This document shows, one piece after another, positions 42,439 through 49,875 of a stretch of DNA of 64,000 nt. The stretch comes from an uncultured Acidobacteriota bacterium. Its GTDB lineage: Bacteria > Acidobacteriota > Vicinamibacteria > Vicinamibacterales > UBA2999. The notes beneath the pieces were generated by a model. That model ran no database searches and was not told where the DNA came from. It saw only the letters and a program-made list of their open reading frames with translations. Within the stretch, counting starts at the first letter, position 1. Each line of letters opens with the position of its first letter. The position numbers were made by a program, and so were the translations under genes. The stretch covers positions 968 through 64,967 of the forward strand of contig CADEFD010000003.1 in NCBI GenBank assembly GCA_902826515.1, read 5' to 3'.

Positions 42439-44049
42439 TCAGGCCGGCTGGCCGGACGACAGCACCCGGCGGATCTCGTCCGCCGTCACGGCGCCGGCGG
42501 AGAAGTCCATCCACTGCGCCAGGGTCTCGCGGGCGCCGGGAGAGGTGGGCTGCGCGAGGAGCTCGCGACGCCGGGACGTAAGGCCGTCGTGGGGCCGCGC
42601 CTGCGCGCGGGCCGACCGCAGGATGTCGCGGACGTGGCCGCCGAGGGGCGCGTGCGGCCCGAGGACGTCGTGGAGCGTGGCGTGTTCGAGGTTCGCGCCG
42701 TGCAGGATGCCGGCGCCGGTGGTGTTCACGTACCGCCGTGAGCTGTCGGCACTGACCTGCTGGCACAGCCAGTCGCGAAAGGAGATGAGGTGCGGTGAGG
42801 TGAGGACCGGCCGGCCGTGCAGGTCCGGCACGCGCAGATCGGCGAGGCGTCCGAAGTAGTCGTCGACCAGCTGCTCCCACGTGCAGCCGTAGGTCGCCAT
42901 CGCCTCCCGCCACGTCGCGTCGTAGATGGTGTTGGCGCAGTACGGGCGTCGCACCGGATACGACAGGTCGAGGCCGGCGAACACGATCGGCGCGCAGCCG
43001 AGACGCACCGCAAGATCGAAGGCCGTCGTGACCACCGACCCCCACGCGCGCAGCGTGCCGCGGTCGAGCCCGGCGGCGCGCAGCCACGGCCAGGGCTCGT
43101 GGTCGCTGACCTTGAACACGAAGGTGCGGCCGGCGAAGCCGGTGAACGCCGAGGGGTGCAGGCTGCCTTCGGCGGCCAGGAAGATACCGTCCAGATCGTC
43201 GACGCCGGCGAGATGGCGCGCGTTCAGCTCGGCCGGATCGACACCGGCGACGAGGTGGGGCCGTACGCCACCGGCCAGCAGTGGCCGCAGCGTCGTGTCG
43301 GCGCCGATGACGACGGCACGATCCTGGAGCGCCGCCAGCGCCGGCAGCTGGTCGTCGAGCGAGGGTCCGGCACCGACGATGACCGCCGGGTGACCCGCCA
43401 GCAGCCCGTCCAGTGCGGCCGCATCCCCTTCGCGCGCGATGACCGGAAGATTGGCCAGCGTCTGCAGGAGGTACCGTCCAGCGAAGCGCCGGCGCGCGTC
43501 CGCATTCGCCCGGGCCTCGGCGACCAGGCGGCCGGCCACGGCCTCGGCGGCCTTCGCGTCCGCGGCGCGACAGGCGGCCAGGGCGCCGTTCACGATCAGG
43601 GTCGGCGGCGCGCTCACATCGACGAGGCGTCCGCAGTTCATCGCTCCGCCGTAGTCGGGACCCGTGAGCAGACACAGGCGGCCGTTCGTGATCCACGACG
43701 TCAGGTCGCGTCGCGCGAGCAGCAGCGCCGCGATGCCGGGGTCCGGTTCGAGCAGCACGAGGCGCGTGGACGCGCCCGATCGTTCGAGGTCGTCGATGAA
43801 CTCGCCGAGGGCCGGCCCGATGACGAAGAGCTGGCGGGGCCAGGTGGCGATGCGGGGGGCGTTGAGCGACTGCCACTCTCCCGTGGGGTGCCGCAGTTCC
43901 AGGCGCACCCCGTCCGCGCCATCTGCCACGGCCCGGGTGTGCGCCTCGTCGAGGCGTGCCAGCCCGGGGCGTTGTCCCTGCGCGCGTTCGAGCGCGGCAA
44001 GATTGGCGGCAAGGGTCGTCTCACTGAACACGCCAGATCCGGACTGCAC
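42439..44049 (-). CDS. maf: Maf-family (DUF115/MptE-like) motility accessory factor, putative flagellin nonulosonic-acid transferase
   Basis: AVIVGAGPSLDDQLPAL..AVVIGADTTLRPLL...GSVVTTAFDLAVRLGCAPIVFAGLDLSY is a typical DUF115 core. It is the C-terminal third of the artefactual 1523-aa ORF 42439-47010. The start is uncertain (GTG 44049 or 44031). Confidence 0.65.
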   Translation of the reverse strand: MQSGSGVFSETTLAANLAALERAQGQRPGLARLDEAHTRAVADGADGVRLELRHPTGEWQSLNAPRIATWPRQLFVIGPALGEFIDDLERSGASTRLVLLEPDPGIAALLLARRDLTSWITNGRLCLLTGPDYGGAMNCGRLVDVSAPPTLIVNGALAACRAADAKAAEAVAGRLVAEARANADARRRFAGRYLLQTLANLPVIAREGDAAALDGLLAGHPAVIVGAGPSLDDQLPALAALQDRAVVIGADTTLRPLLAGGVRPHLVAGVDPAELNARHLAGVDDLDGIFLAAEGSLHPSAFTGFAGRTFVFKVSDHEPWPWLRAAGLDRGTLRAWGSVVTTAFDLAVRLGCAPIVFAGLDLSYPVRRPYCANTIYDATWREAMATYGCTWEQLVDDYFGRLADLRVPDLHGRPVLTSPHLISFRDWLCQQVSADSSRRYVNTTGAGILHGANLEHATLHDVLGPHAPLGGHVRDILRSARAQARPHDGLTSRRRELLAQPTSPGARETLAQWMDFSAGAVTADEIRRVLSSGQPA

Positions 44050-44171
44050 GTTCCGTACCGGTGCGACGGCGCGGCGGACGCGTGGTGGCGACCCGACGTG
44101 GCACCGGCGCCGGCGTCGGCGCATCGACACCTGTGGACCCGCCCGGCCTGCAAAGTGCGGCGCGCCGGGGA

Positions 44172-44187
44172 GGGCACGGCATTTGCG
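44172..44187 (+). promoter_or_regulatory. Candidate sigma-54 promoter upstream of motA (set 2)
   Basis: GGGCACGGCATTTGCG. GGCACG-N4-TTGC matches the consensus core with exact spacing. It lies ~90 nt upstream of the ATG. Confidence 0.4.
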
Positions 44188-44207
44188 ACAGGCCCCGGGG
44201 AAGCGGG

Positions 44208-44234
44208 TCAAGGAATCCGGCAGCGCGCCGATTG
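44208..44234 (+). promoter_or_regulatory. Sigma-28-type promoter upstream of motA (set 2)
   Basis: TCAAGGAA-N11-GCCGATTG. The -10 is identical to the flgM and HK promoters. It lies 44 nt upstream of the ATG. Confidence 0.45.
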
Positions 44235-44277
44235 CCCCAATGGTTCCGGACCGTCGTCCTGGCCAACACAACACGAC

Positions 44278-45150
44278 ATGTTCGTCATTATCGGCACGCT
44301 CATCGTCATCGGCTCGGTGCTTGGCGGCTACGTCATGCACCACGGCAAGATCGCGCTGCTCAACCAGCCGAACGAGTTCCTCATCATCTTCGGCGCCGCC
44401 GTCGGCCAGCTCCTCATCGGCACGCCGCTGCCGACGGTGATGAAGCTGCTCAAGCAGATGGGCGAGGTGATGAAGCCCGGGCTGGCCAAGAGCGACTACG
44501 CGGACCTGCTGGCGATGCTCTACCAGCTCTTCCGCCTGTCGCAGCAGACCGGCATCATGGCGCTCGAAGGCCACTTCGAGAACCCGAAGGACAGCTCGAT
44601 TCTCTCGAGGTATCCGAAGTTCCTGTCGCGCCACGAGTCGCTCGACTTCCTCTCCGATTCCATCAAGGTGATCATCGTCGGCGGCATGGCGCCGCACGAC
44701 CTCGACGCGCTGATGGATGAAGACCTCTACGTCCATCACCACGAGGCGAAGGCGCCGGCCGGCGCGCTGGCCAAGACCGCCGACGCGTTCCCCGGCCTCG
44801 GCATCGTCGCCGCCGTGCTCGGCGTCGTCATCACGATGCAGTCGATCGACGGCCCGCCGTCGGAAATCGGCGAGAAGGTCGGCGCCGCGCTCGTCGGCAC
44901 GTTCCTCGGCATTCTGCTCTCCTACGGCATCTTCGGGCCGCTCGCGACCATCATCGAGACCCGCGTGGACGACGAGGGCAACTACGAGAAGTGCATCAAG
45001 GCGGGCGTGCTCGCGACCTTCAAGGGGCTGCCGCCGGCGATTGCCATCGAGTTCGCGCGGCGCGTGCTGCCGCATCAGGTGCGGCCGAGCTTCGAAGAGA
45101 CGGAAAAGTTCTGCAAGGCCGCGGGCAAGCCCGAAGCGGCAGCGGCCTAA
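44278..45150 (+). CDS. motA: MotA stator protein (set 2, enterobacterial MotA-like)
   Basis: MFVIIGTLIVIGSVLGGYVMHHG...AFPGLGIVAAVLGVVITMQSI...ALVGTFLGILLSYGIFGPLATII. Internal ATG of ORF 42817-45150. Confidence 0.93.
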   Translation: MFVIIGTLIVIGSVLGGYVMHHGKIALLNQPNEFLIIFGAAVGQLLIGTPLPTVMKLLKQMGEVMKPGLAKSDYADLLAMLYQLFRLSQQTGIMALEGHFENPKDSSILSRYPKFLSRHESLDFLSDSIKVIIVGGMAPHDLDALMDEDLYVHHHEAKAPAGALAKTADAFPGLGIVAAVLGVVITMQSIDGPPSEIGEKVGAALVGTFLGILLSYGIFGPLATIIETRVDDEGNYEKCIKAGVLATFKGLPPAIAIEFARRVLPHQVRPSFEETEKFCKAAGKPEAAAA

Positions 45151-45153
45151 GTC

Positions 45154-46047
45154 ATGAAACCCACGCAGCCGGTCATCATCATCAAGAAGAACCGCGGCGG
45201 CCACGGCGGCCACCACGGCGGCGCCTGGAAGGTGGCCTACGCCGACTTCGTGACCGCCATGATGGCGTTCTTCCTCGTCATGTGGCTCGTCGGCGCCAGT
45301 CCCGACGTGAAGAAGTCGGTGGCCGGGTACTTCCGCGACCCGGGCGTGTTCGACTTCGAGAAATCCACCGGCATGATGGCCGGCGGCATGACCGGCATCG
45401 ACGAAGGCCGCGCGCCCGAGACGGTGCAGCAGCCCGATGCCGCGGCGCTCACCGTCGAACGCCAGAAGCTCGAAGAGTCGGCCTCGCGCATCAAGGACAG
45501 CCTGGCCGACGCCGGCGGCCTCGAGGAACTGCGCGACCAGATCGAGTTCTCGGTGACCGAGGAAGGTCTGCGCATCGAACTGCTCGAGAAGGACGCCTCG
45601 AGTTTCTTCGGCAGCGGCAGCGCCGCGCTGCGCGGCGAGAGCGTGCGCATCCTCGGCATCATCGGCCGCGAGCTGGGCCAGATGACCAACGACATCGTCG
45701 TCGAAGGGCACACCGACAGCCGGCCCTTCGGTGCCGGCCAGACCTACTCCAACTGGGAACTCTCGGCCGATCGCGCCAATGCCGCCCGGCGGGTGATGGA
45801 GGCCGTCGGCCTCAATCCCGGCCAGGTGCAGGGGGTGCGAGGGTTCGCCGCCACGCAGCTCCGCCTCGCCGAGGCGCCGATGGACCCGCGCAACCGGCGC
45901 GTGTCGATCGTGGTGCGCAGCCAGTCGCGCGCCCGCCTGGAAGACTCGCTGCGTCGCGGCACGGCGCCGGCCGCCGCCCCGCCGCCGCCCGAAACCACCA
46001 CGCCATCCGGGGTGTCCCCGGCGACCGCGCCGCCGCCGGCGCATTAA
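45154..46047 (+). CDS. motB: MotB stator protein (set 2) with OmpA-like domain
   Basis: GGAWKVAYADFVTAMMAFFLVMWLV (conserved Asp). VEGHTDSRPF...SNWELSADRANAARR...NRRVSIVV. Confidence 0.93.
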   Translation: MKPTQPVIIIKKNRGGHGGHHGGAWKVAYADFVTAMMAFFLVMWLVGASPDVKKSVAGYFRDPGVFDFEKSTGMMAGGMTGIDEGRAPETVQQPDAAALTVERQKLEESASRIKDSLADAGGLEELRDQIEFSVTEEGLRIELLEKDASSFFGSGSAALRGESVRILGIIGRELGQMTNDIVVEGHTDSRPFGAGQTYSNWELSADRANAARRVMEAVGLNPGQVQGVRGFAATQLRLAEAPMDPRNRRVSIVVRSQSRARLEDSLRRGTAPAAAPPPPETTTPSGVSPATAPPPAH

Positions 46048-46071
46048 AGCTTTGCCCCCGGAGGCCGATTG
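46045..46071 (+). promoter_or_regulatory. Sigma-28-type promoter overlapping the motB stop, upstream of the HK-DGC-PDE genes
   Basis: TAAAGCTT-N11-GCCGATTG versus TAAAGTTT-N11-GCCGATAA; this is the best match in the window. The TAA of motB forms part of the -35. It lies 80 nt upstream of ATG 46151. Confidence 0.6.
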
Positions 46072-46150
46072 GCCCACCGGGGAACAACCGCCGGCCATAC
46101 GGCCGGCAACGGCGGGCCTGCCCGCCGGTGCACGTTTCCGCGAGGTGCCG

Positions 46151-47716
46151 ATGTCAGCCGCGCAATCCGCCGCTCCCGTACCGTCCACGTCCGCTGCGCC
46201 GGGCGCGCCGTTCGCGGAGCCGGTGGCCGAACTGGTCGTGTCGCCGGATGGGCGCATTCTCGAATGTGGCGCCGCCGCCGCGCGCGTGCTCGGGCTGACC
46301 GACCCGCGCGAGGCGATGGGCGTCCACCTGAGCCTGTTCTGCCGCGATGCCGATCGCCTCGCCGAAGCCCTCGGCGCCGCCGCCGTGACCGGCCGACTCG
46401 AGCGCTGGGACGCGGATCTGGTGCGGCTCGACGGCAAGGCGCTCCCGGCCGTCGTCGATCTGGTGGCGTCCTTCGATGCGCCGCGCACGCTCACGTCGCT
46501 GCGGGTGGCGATCAAGCCCGTGACGGCCTGGCCCACGCCTGCGCCCGGCCCGGTGGCCGTGCCGGCGAAGCGTGACGAAGCGAGCCAGCTCTCGCACGAG
46601 CTGAACAACCTGCTGGCCATCATCAGCGGCCACGCCGAGTGCCTGATCACGCCCGGCGCCAGCGCGGCCGACGCCGGCGCCGTCGAGGCCATCCGGCGCG
46701 CCGTCGCCTCGGCCGCCCAGGTCTCGGCGCGCGTGCGCGGCCTCAGCCAGCGCCGCGCACAGGAAGCGCGGGCGGTCGACATCGACGCGCTGCTCGCCGC
46801 CGTGCAGGACGACCTGCGCCGCACCTTCGGACACCGTCTCGCCGTGGCCGTGCAGCCGGCGCCGCATCCGTGGACGGTGTCGATCGACCGCGCGGTCGTG
46901 CACCACGCGCTGGCGGCCCTTGCCGCCGAAGCCCTCGAGTCGATGCCGCACGGCGGCACCCTGACCTTCCGCACGATGAACGTCGAAGTAGGCACGCGCC
47001 GTCCGCACACCCCGGTCGGCGCCCGTCCCGGCCGCTACGTGCGCGTCGAAGTCAGCTACCTCACGAGCGACATGCCGGCGCCGCCCAACCAGCAGCGCCG
47101 CGATACCGACGACGCCGGCGTGGCGGCCATCGACGCCCTGCGTCGGGCCGGCGGCCGCGTGATGGTCGACACCGACGGTCACCGCGTGGCCAGTGTCGTG
47201 CTGCTGTTGCCGTCGGACGGGGTGACCGTGCTGCGTCCGCGCAGTGCCGAGACGCCGCGCCACTCGGGCCAGACCGTGGTGCTCGTCGAAGGCGACCCCA
47301 CCCATCGCCGGCTGCTGCAGGCGGTGCTGCGCGGGCAGGGCCACGACGTCGAAACCGTGAACACCGCCGAGGAGGCCGACCGCCTCGCGTCGCATCAGCC
47401 GGGCCTCGTGCTCGTGACCGACCGCCTGCCCGGCGCCTCGGCGACCGAGGCGGCTGCCTGGGTGGCGGCGCGCCCGTCGCTGCGCCTGCTCGGCACCTCC
47501 GATGACGTCGCGCGGGCGCTGGCGCTCGTGACCGACCCGCGCCAGGCGCTGGCGATCTCGCGGCCGCTCGCGGCCGGCCAGATCACCGACGCCGTGAAGG
47601 CCCTCTTCGACGGCGACGTCGCGCTCGACGCTGCCGATGCCGGCGCCGACGTGCTCGCACCGCTGTGGTTCAAGCGCGACGGCACGCAGCCGATTCACCC
47701 GCTGGAGGCGTCCTGA
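46151..47716 (+). CDS. PAS / HisKA / degenerate HATPase / receiver-like hybrid sensor kinase
   Basis: PAS (VVSPDGRILECGAAAARVLGL). H-box ASQLSHELNNLLAIISGHAECL. In the N-box position LAALAAEALESM lacks the usual Asn residues. C-terminal REC-like (VVLVEGD..LVLVTDRLPG..LLGTSD..ISRPL). Confidence 0.75.
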   Translation: MSAAQSAAPVPSTSAAPGAPFAEPVAELVVSPDGRILECGAAAARVLGLTDPREAMGVHLSLFCRDADRLAEALGAAAVTGRLERWDADLVRLDGKALPAVVDLVASFDAPRTLTSLRVAIKPVTAWPTPAPGPVAVPAKRDEASQLSHELNNLLAIISGHAECLITPGASAADAGAVEAIRRAVASAAQVSARVRGLSQRRAQEARAVDIDALLAAVQDDLRRTFGHRLAVAVQPAPHPWTVSIDRAVVHHALAALAAEALESMPHGGTLTFRTMNVEVGTRRPHTPVGARPGRYVRVEVSYLTSDMPAPPNQQRRDTDDAGVAAIDALRRAGGRVMVDTDGHRVASVVLLLPSDGVTVLRPRSAETPRHSGQTVVLVEGDPTHRRLLQAVLRGQGHDVETVNTAEEADRLASHQPGLVLVTDRLPGASATEAAAWVAARPSLRLLGTSDDVARALALVTDPRQALAISRPLAAGQITDAVKALFDGDVALDAADAGADVLAPLWFKRDGTQPIHPLEAS

Positions 47717-47752
47717 TACGACTGGCCCCGGCGGGCAGCGTGCGAAGGGTTC

Positions 47753-48829
47753 ATGGCGAATAACGCGGTCATCTCGCTCGACCTCAGGCGTCGCGGGCAC
47801 GAGAGCGACCATGCCATGGTCCTGCGCCTGCTCGACGAAGTGCTGGCCTGGGCCCGCGACTTCCTCGCCGCCGACGAAGAAGCCGGCTGGCAGCCGCTCG
47901 CGCAGCGCTTCGAGGCGTGCCGCACGGCCGTGGCCGCCGGCGCGCCGTCCACCGAAGTGGAAGCGCTCGCCAGCGCCTGTCTGGCCGAAGGACGCGAGCT
48001 CATCGCCCAGCTCCAGCAGCTGCGCACGCAGCGTGTCGAAGAGTCGTTCGCGGTGGTCGAGGCGCTGCGCGACGTGATGGCGACGATGGGTGCCGAGATG
48101 AGCACCATGCACACCAGCCTCACGCAGTCCACTGAACGGTTCGAGGCGATCGGCCAGTTGAACGACGCACGCCAGATGAAGGCGCGCCTGATGGCCGAAG
48201 TGCTCACGCTGAAGCAGGTCGCCGCCAAGCGGCGCAAGGCGTGGGAGGAAACCGCGCGCTCGCTCACGCAGAAGGTCGCCGCCCTCGAGAAGGACCTGTC
48301 GGCCGTGAAGGGCGAAGCTTCCACCGACTCGCTGACCGGCGTGGCCAACCGCCGCGGCTTCGACGAGACCCTCGAGCGCTGGCTCGGGCCGTCGCACCCG
48401 GGCTTCGTGCTCGCCGTGCTCGACATCGACGACTTCAAGGGCATCAACGACGCGCACGGCCACGCCGTGGGCGACGACGTGCTCCGCTACGTGGCGAAGT
48501 GCCTGATGCAGTCGTTCCGCAGCGACGACCTGGTGGCGCGCGTGGGCGGCGACGAGTTCGCCGTGCTGGCCGCCGGCCTCACCTCGCGCCAGGCGGAACA
48601 CCGGCTGCACGGCGTGCTCGCCCGCATCGCCAACGGCAAACCCGGCGAGGAGGGGCGTCCGCCCTGCGTGCCCACGATCAGCGTCGGCCTGTCCGAATGT
48701 GCCGCCGGCGACACCGCCGCCAGTCTCTACGAACGCGCGGACGACGCGCAGTACACCGCAAAACGGCAAGGAAAGAATCGTGTGATCGCCAAGGACGCCC
48801 GGCTCCTGCGCGACCTCGCGAGGCATTGA
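47753..48829 (+). CDS. GGDEF diguanylate cyclase with N-terminal coiled-coil sensor region
   Basis: DSLTGVANRRGF...AVLDIDDFKGINDAHGHAVGDDVL...RSDD-LVARV-GGDEF (I-site plus active site). Confidence 0.9.
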   Translation: MANNAVISLDLRRRGHESDHAMVLRLLDEVLAWARDFLAADEEAGWQPLAQRFEACRTAVAAGAPSTEVEALASACLAEGRELIAQLQQLRTQRVEESFAVVEALRDVMATMGAEMSTMHTSLTQSTERFEAIGQLNDARQMKARLMAEVLTLKQVAAKRRKAWEETARSLTQKVAALEKDLSAVKGEASTDSLTGVANRRGFDETLERWLGPSHPGFVLAVLDIDDFKGINDAHGHAVGDDVLRYVAKCLMQSFRSDDLVARVGGDEFAVLAAGLTSRQAEHRLHGVLARIANGKPGEEGRPPCVPTISVGLSECAAGDTAASLYERADDAQYTAKRQGKNRVIAKDARLLRDLARH

Positions 48830-48837
48830 GGCACGAC

Positions 48838-49875
48838 ATGCGCGATACCGGGGCTCGCCGCGTTCTCATCGTCGACGATTCGCCCGCGTTCACTGACGCA
48901 CTGAAGCGACTGCTGACAGCCGAAGGCTTCGTGGCCGACGTGCTGCACGACAGCGAGGGCGTGATCGGCGCCGTGGCGCAGTTTGCGCCCGACGTCGTGC
49001 TGCTCGACGTCGATCTGCCGGGCGCGAGCGGCTTCGAAGTGTGCCGCCGCCTGAAACGCTTCGAAGCGACGCGGCTCATTCCGGTGGTGCTGCTCACCGG
49101 CCTCGTCGGCCGCGAACATCGCCTGGCCGGCATCGAAGCGGGCGCCGACGACTTCCTGACCAAACCCTTCGATTCTTCGGAGCTCACCGCGCGCGTGCGG
49201 TCGCTCTCGCGCCTCAAGCGGTACACCGACGAACTCGAATCCGCCGAGTCGGTCATCGTCAGCCTGGCGCTCACCGTGGAGGCGCGCGACGCCTACACGG
49301 AAGGCCACTGCGACCGCCTGTCGACCTATGCCGTGGCCCTCGGCCGCGCCATCGGCCTTTCGGCCGACGACCTGTGGGCGCTGCGCAAGGGCGGCCTGCT
49401 GCACGACGTGGGCAAGGTGGGCATCCCCGACGCCATCCTGCTGAAGCAGGGCCGGCTCACGGCCGAGGAATACGAGATCGTGAAGTCGCACACCGTGATC
49501 GGCGAGCGGCTCTGTTCCGGCCTGCGCTCGCTGGCCTCGGTGCGGCCGATCATCCGTCAGCACCACGAGCGCCTGAACGGCACCGGTTACCCGGACGGAC
49601 TGAAGGGCAGCGAGGTGTCGCTGCTGGCGCAGATCATCGGCGTGGTGGACGCCTTCGACGCGATGACGACCGACCGCCCGTACCGCAAGTCGCTCGGCAT
49701 CGAGCGCGCCTTCGAGGAACTGCGCGGCGACGTGGCGAAGGGGGCGATGGACGCGACGCTCGTCGAGCGCTTCATCGAACTCGCGCCCGGCATCTTCGCG
49801 TCCACGCCGCCGAGCGCGGGCTGGGATGCGGCCCGCGTCGAGCGCGCCGCTGAACTCTCGCCGGCGACGGCCTAG
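48838..49875 (+). CDS. Response regulator with HD-GYP c-di-GMP phosphodiesterase domain (RpfG-like)
   Basis: REC: VLIVDDSP, VVLLDVDLPG, VVLLTG, LTKPF. HD-GYP: EGHCDRLS, LLHDVGKVGIPD, RQHHERLNGTGYPDGL. Confidence 0.92.
   Translation: MRDTGARRVLIVDDSPAFTDALKRLLTAEGFVADVLHDSEGVIGAVAQFAPDVVLLDVDLPGASGFEVCRRLKRFEATRLIPVVLLTGLVGREHRLAGIEAGADDFLTKPFDSSELTARVRSLSRLKRYTDELESAESVIVSLALTVEARDAYTEGHCDRLSTYAVALGRAIGLSADDLWALRKGGLLHDVGKVGIPDAILLKQGRLTAEEYEIVKSHTVIGERLCSGLRSLASVRPIIRQHHERLNGTGYPDGLKGSEVSLLAQIIGVVDAFDAMTTDRPYRKSLGIERAFEELRGDVAKGAMDATLVERFIELAPGIFASTPPSAGWDAARVERAAELSPATA

Noticed and set aside
44096-44112. TGGCACCGGCGCCGGCG in the maf-motA2 divergent region
   Set aside because: The GC element is displaced by one nucleotide relative to the GG and the -12 region is not T-rich. 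The element at 44172-44187 is a much better candidate.
42439-47010. 1523-aa minus-strand ORF spanning maf, motA2, motB2 and part of the kinase gene
   Set aside because: Only the C-terminal ~537 aa (Maf/DUF115) look like a real protein. The rest is Arg/Gly/Ala-rich low-complexity translation antisense to clearly recognisable motA/motB. It is a stop-codon-poor shadow frame typical of very high G+C DNA.
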